Shown here: in pieces, positions 60,131-64,000 of the stretch
How positions within the stretch are numbered: the first letter of the stretch is position 1
Layout: each line of letters starts with the position of its first letter
Source of the DNA: Leucoraja ocellata
Lineage: Eukaryota
Direction: 5' to 3'
Assembly (NCBI GenBank): GCA_036785375.1
Contig: JAWMAR010000256.1
Location: forward strand, 434,001 to 498,000
Length of the DNA: 64,000 bases
Notes under the pieces: model-generated
What the model was told of the DNA's origin: nothing
What the model saw: only the letters and a program-made list of their open reading frames with translations
Databases searched by the model: none
Program-made: the position numbers and the translations under genes

Positions 60131-63100
60131 GGTGTGTTATTATATATTGTGACTCTGTTGGTACTGCAATACTGATAATATTTGTTTTTATTATTTAGTA
60201 CCTGTATTCTTAAAAGTTAAACATAAAATATGTTGTATAAATATTTCTCTGTATCTGCTTTATGAAAGAGCAGGATTATCTCTTTGTTATCTCCATGTTA
60301 TGGAAATATATGGATTATCTCCATGTTATGGAAATATATGTCAAGAAATCAGCGAAATTTAGAAAGTTATTGCAATAACAACTTTGGGAAGTTTTGATGA
60401 TCAGCCTTTCCGAATTAGATCCATTTTCGAATTCCGGTCACATGATGTTGTACCGATAGGAATTGACGAAAAAAAAGCGTCCTCCAACTATGTAATTCAT
60501 TGAGTTCCTAACAAACCAACTGCGCAGATAAACCATTTTCAGATGGTTGTATGTTTGTGTCAAGATGTGAACACTGCAAGGACAGGGTTTAATCGAGATT
60601 CCAGGTCTATTTCTAAATCGCTTCAGCATTGAATGTATTGAAAAACTGACAAGAGAAAACATTTGTTTTCTGATCAATTATCATTGTACAATTCAGAAAA
60701 GGGGAATTTATAGAAGAAAAAGGAATGCAGCTTTCTAAATTATATCACCTGATAGTGGTTGTTGAAGCCCAATTTTATTCGGGTTTTAACATCAAATGAG
60801 AACAACCAAAATATATGTCTGAGTGACCAAATTATATTTCATCTTTTTTAAGTGATATTGGCCTTTATGGAACAATCCTAAATAAAATTTCTCCCAAATT
60901 GCTATCTATTGTGCAACAATTTTGTATACTTCAATTGTAAGCAATATTGTACAGGTATCTATCTGGTTTTGCTAGGTAAATGCATTACCATTTTTCCACC
61001 ATGTTATCTGTTTTGAAATTGAAAATAAAATTGGAACTGCTTAAGCTTCTTGCACAACGTCAACTCATCTGATTTATTTTGTTCTTGCTTTCTTTTGAAC
61101 CAGAGGCTGTTTCATTTCCATTATTTCTACTTTATGATTCACATTATATTTATAGCCCATATACAGTAAATGAGTGGACATTCAATTCCTCAGTTTTTGC
61201 TAAATATAACACTCACATGTATGAACTGGTAGATAAAGAAAGACTAATATTTCCTAGCTTGCTTTCTACCAGCTTGCCTTCCACTAACCCTTTACTTCAT
61301 ATAATTCCCACACAATGAAGTTATGGACTAATCATAGCAACCAATGCGTATCAATCAGAACAGTATGTGGTAGTAAGGAAATCATAAATCCAAGGAAATC
61401 ATAGATCCAAAATTAACTTATTATCTCAACCACATGACTAACAAAATGGCCATATCCTGAATCCAAAATAATTTCTGTATAAAGACTATCCTGTTTGATT
61501 TAGAATGATATTAATGCTTCCATTGTCTCAAGCCTGTTCCAAGTTTGACAAAATGCTCTGTTTTTTTCTGCAGATTAGTTTTGAAATTACTCCATTACTT
61601 CACCTTTCCAAATGTGGTGAAATAAATTATAGTGTTATATAGTTCCAGAAATAGTCATTATTAAACTTCCCATTTATTGTCTTTCCCTGGCCATTTGCAC
61701 CAACCAAATATCCAGTCTCAGCTCCAGGGAAACACTGAGTTTGCCTTTGAACTCTTATCAGAGAAGCAGAGAACAGTGGAAGGAGATACATTTCAGGTAG
61801 GTGACATTCAGCCTGTGGTGTAAAGATCATGAAAAAAAAACATGGGGGTAAACCAACAGGGGATAAAATTGTACTGATCCGTTGCCAGAAGAATATATGT
61901 TTATAATGACATCTTTGGTACACAACACTTCCTTGTGTTGCACAACCATCCATTTTATATTGCAAAGAATGCTGAGAAAATAGAAAAACATCACATGCAC
62001 TACTATAAATAATTTTTTTGTACTATAAAAAGAATAATGCATATAATCTGTGGTGTTCATTTCCTATATGTATAGATGTAGATTATATTAAAATATTTGA
62101 AATAGAACTGCTTGAACTTGAATATGTAGCTTTATAATATCAAAGTAACATGCATCATATTACTCCACTGACGTTAGATTAAGAGTAACAAACCACTGCA
62201 GTGAACTTTGTAGAGATCATTTATCACCAAATTAATTATTTTCAGAAGTCCGGGTCTTAATCCTGCCTTCGATCCTCAGGTGGGCATGATAACCACTACT
62301 TGCTGGGTAGTTATGGCTGATCAAAGCACGTATAAATCAATAACCAACACATTGGGCTTGCATTACATGGGTAGACCCTGACAGTGCTAAGCCCACCCAG
62401 TAAATAATGGGCAGGTTTCCGTTCATTTTTGACTTACCTTCTGCACAAAGTTCAGATAGGACTCATTTGGAACCTAAACAAATCCAATGGATTGCTGCCA
62501 AAACAGAGCAGAAACAACCATGGATTGTCCATCCCAAACATTGTAAAAATAATTTACCTTACTACTTAACTATAACGAGAAACACTTTGAATTCTTCCCA
62601 CTGATAGTTCTGGCAGTATATGGTTTTTTTTTACTACTGCATCTTCACTGGGCATGTATTTAACTTTTTGCACTTTTATCATGTCTTAAAGATTGTTACA
62701 AACACTCAGTGGCATCACTCCATTGGGATATCAATCCATTATGAATACTGGTAAACCTTTGAGGGTCTGTGGCATCTATGAAATATAAATCAGAGCAATA
62801 TCTATTAAAAAAAAGACCAAAGGCTGGAGAGGAAGAAGTTAAAGGCAGTAACACAAGCTCAAGGTTCAGATTGCACGATAACCAACCTGAGCTTATTTTT
62901 GCCGCACACAATATCATCTTGCTGCTCTTGTAATCCCCTCCCCAATCTGTTGCTCTATATTTACTTTGTTCAGATATCTATTACAGCTTGAGGTTCTGAA
63001 GATCTCTCGCTCAGAAGCTAAGCAACAGCTCCTGACTATGACAAGAAGGCACATCAATTCTGACACTTTAGAGCTTTGCAATCTCACTAGGTACAAACTA

Positions 63101-63944
63101 ATCTGCTCTTTCTTCATATTCACTGAAACCTCATAAATTAATAACTCCTAGAGGTCTTTTCAATTTTTGCATATTTTCAAAAGCCTTCGGTTGAATCATG
63201 CGAGCATATAGGGAGAATCTGTGATTTGTTTTATGAGCAGTACACAGGAAAATTAAAGATACTTTAATGTAGACATTCCTAAAGGGCCTAATTAGTGGAA
63301 AGAACATATTGTTAGTTTAATGCAATTAAAACAGGCATTGCTGAACATGATTTAAGATTCATGGTGATATGATAAACCTTATTAACATGACACTCCTTAG
63401 TTTGATTTGATCCTTTTAACCAGTCTACCGTGTAAAAGGTACAGAATATTTTTTATGGTTTGAATCTGAATTTAACCCTCATTAGCCCAGGCAATTTAAC
63501 AGCATGCTCAAAGACATTTCCTTGATAGATTTATCTGACCAAAACAAAATAAACTGCAGTAAAAAAATCAGATGTGAGAATACAGAACATTTTGCAAATT
63601 GCTACTGGGGTTGTATATGCAGTAACTTTCAAGAATGCCAAATAGAAAATAATATTCTCTTTTCTCTGTCTAGTTTACAAGCAGAGTTGTTCTTAAAGGG
63701 ATATGCCATGGGATTGTTTTCAACAAACAATTTGATACCTCTCTGGTGTTGGTCTGCAAACTGCATTCAAAGTAATAAATATGTAAATGCATTCAATGTT
63801 TGTTTTCCATTGAACACAACATCCCACGATGCAAATACATCACATCAAGGTGGAATTCCATGATTACCTCATTGTGTGTGTATTGCCCTGTAATGGTTTA
63901 TTCCAAAACACAAGGAAAGCTCCATCTGCAGAATTAAGGCAGTA

Positions 63945-64000
63945 TAGTGGTGCAGCGGTGGAGCTGCTACCTCGTAGCTCCACAAACCCCTGTTCGATCC
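63945..64000 (+). mobile_element. HE1/V-SINE head (cut by window end)
   Basis: gtggtgcagcggtggagctgctacctcgtagctcc...gttcgatcc. Confidence 0.75.

Noticed and set aside
60273-60340. Short local duplications (also 23867-23900, 61374-61410, 17467-17510)
   Set aside because: Ordinary slippage-type tandem duplications with no further structure.

Overview
Eukaryotic (vertebrate) DNA. The repeat content (HE1/V-SINEs, SacSINE1-like Deu-SINEs, CR1, Rex1/Babar, L1, Penelope-like elements) points to a cartilaginous fish, most likely a skate or ray; this is an inference. The only host coding sequence is the last two coding exons of a RhoGAP gene, ARHGAP15 (+ strand): 13019-13124 and 56968-57151. They are joined in frame across a 43.8-kb GT-AG intron and followed by a 3' UTR. 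Most listed ORFs are retroelement debris or spurious. The most notable non-gene signal is a family of about 20 short Penelope-derived inserts carrying a minimal hammerhead-ribozyme-like core (CUGAAGA-A-stemII-GAAAC-GUC). Several have clean 11-19 bp target duplications or sit as inverted pairs, and they link physically to GIY-YIG Penelope remnants. Also present: four different MITEs sharing PIF/Harbinger-like ends, a CpG-rich fold-back element, a solo LTR, a minisatellite born from CR1 coding sequence, and repeat-free blocks that are candidate conserved enhancers of the ARHGAP15-GTDC1-ZEB2 region. There is one assembly gap (27041-27214). Repeat family names come from recalled consensus features, not database searches, and repeat boundaries are approximate unless TSDs are given.
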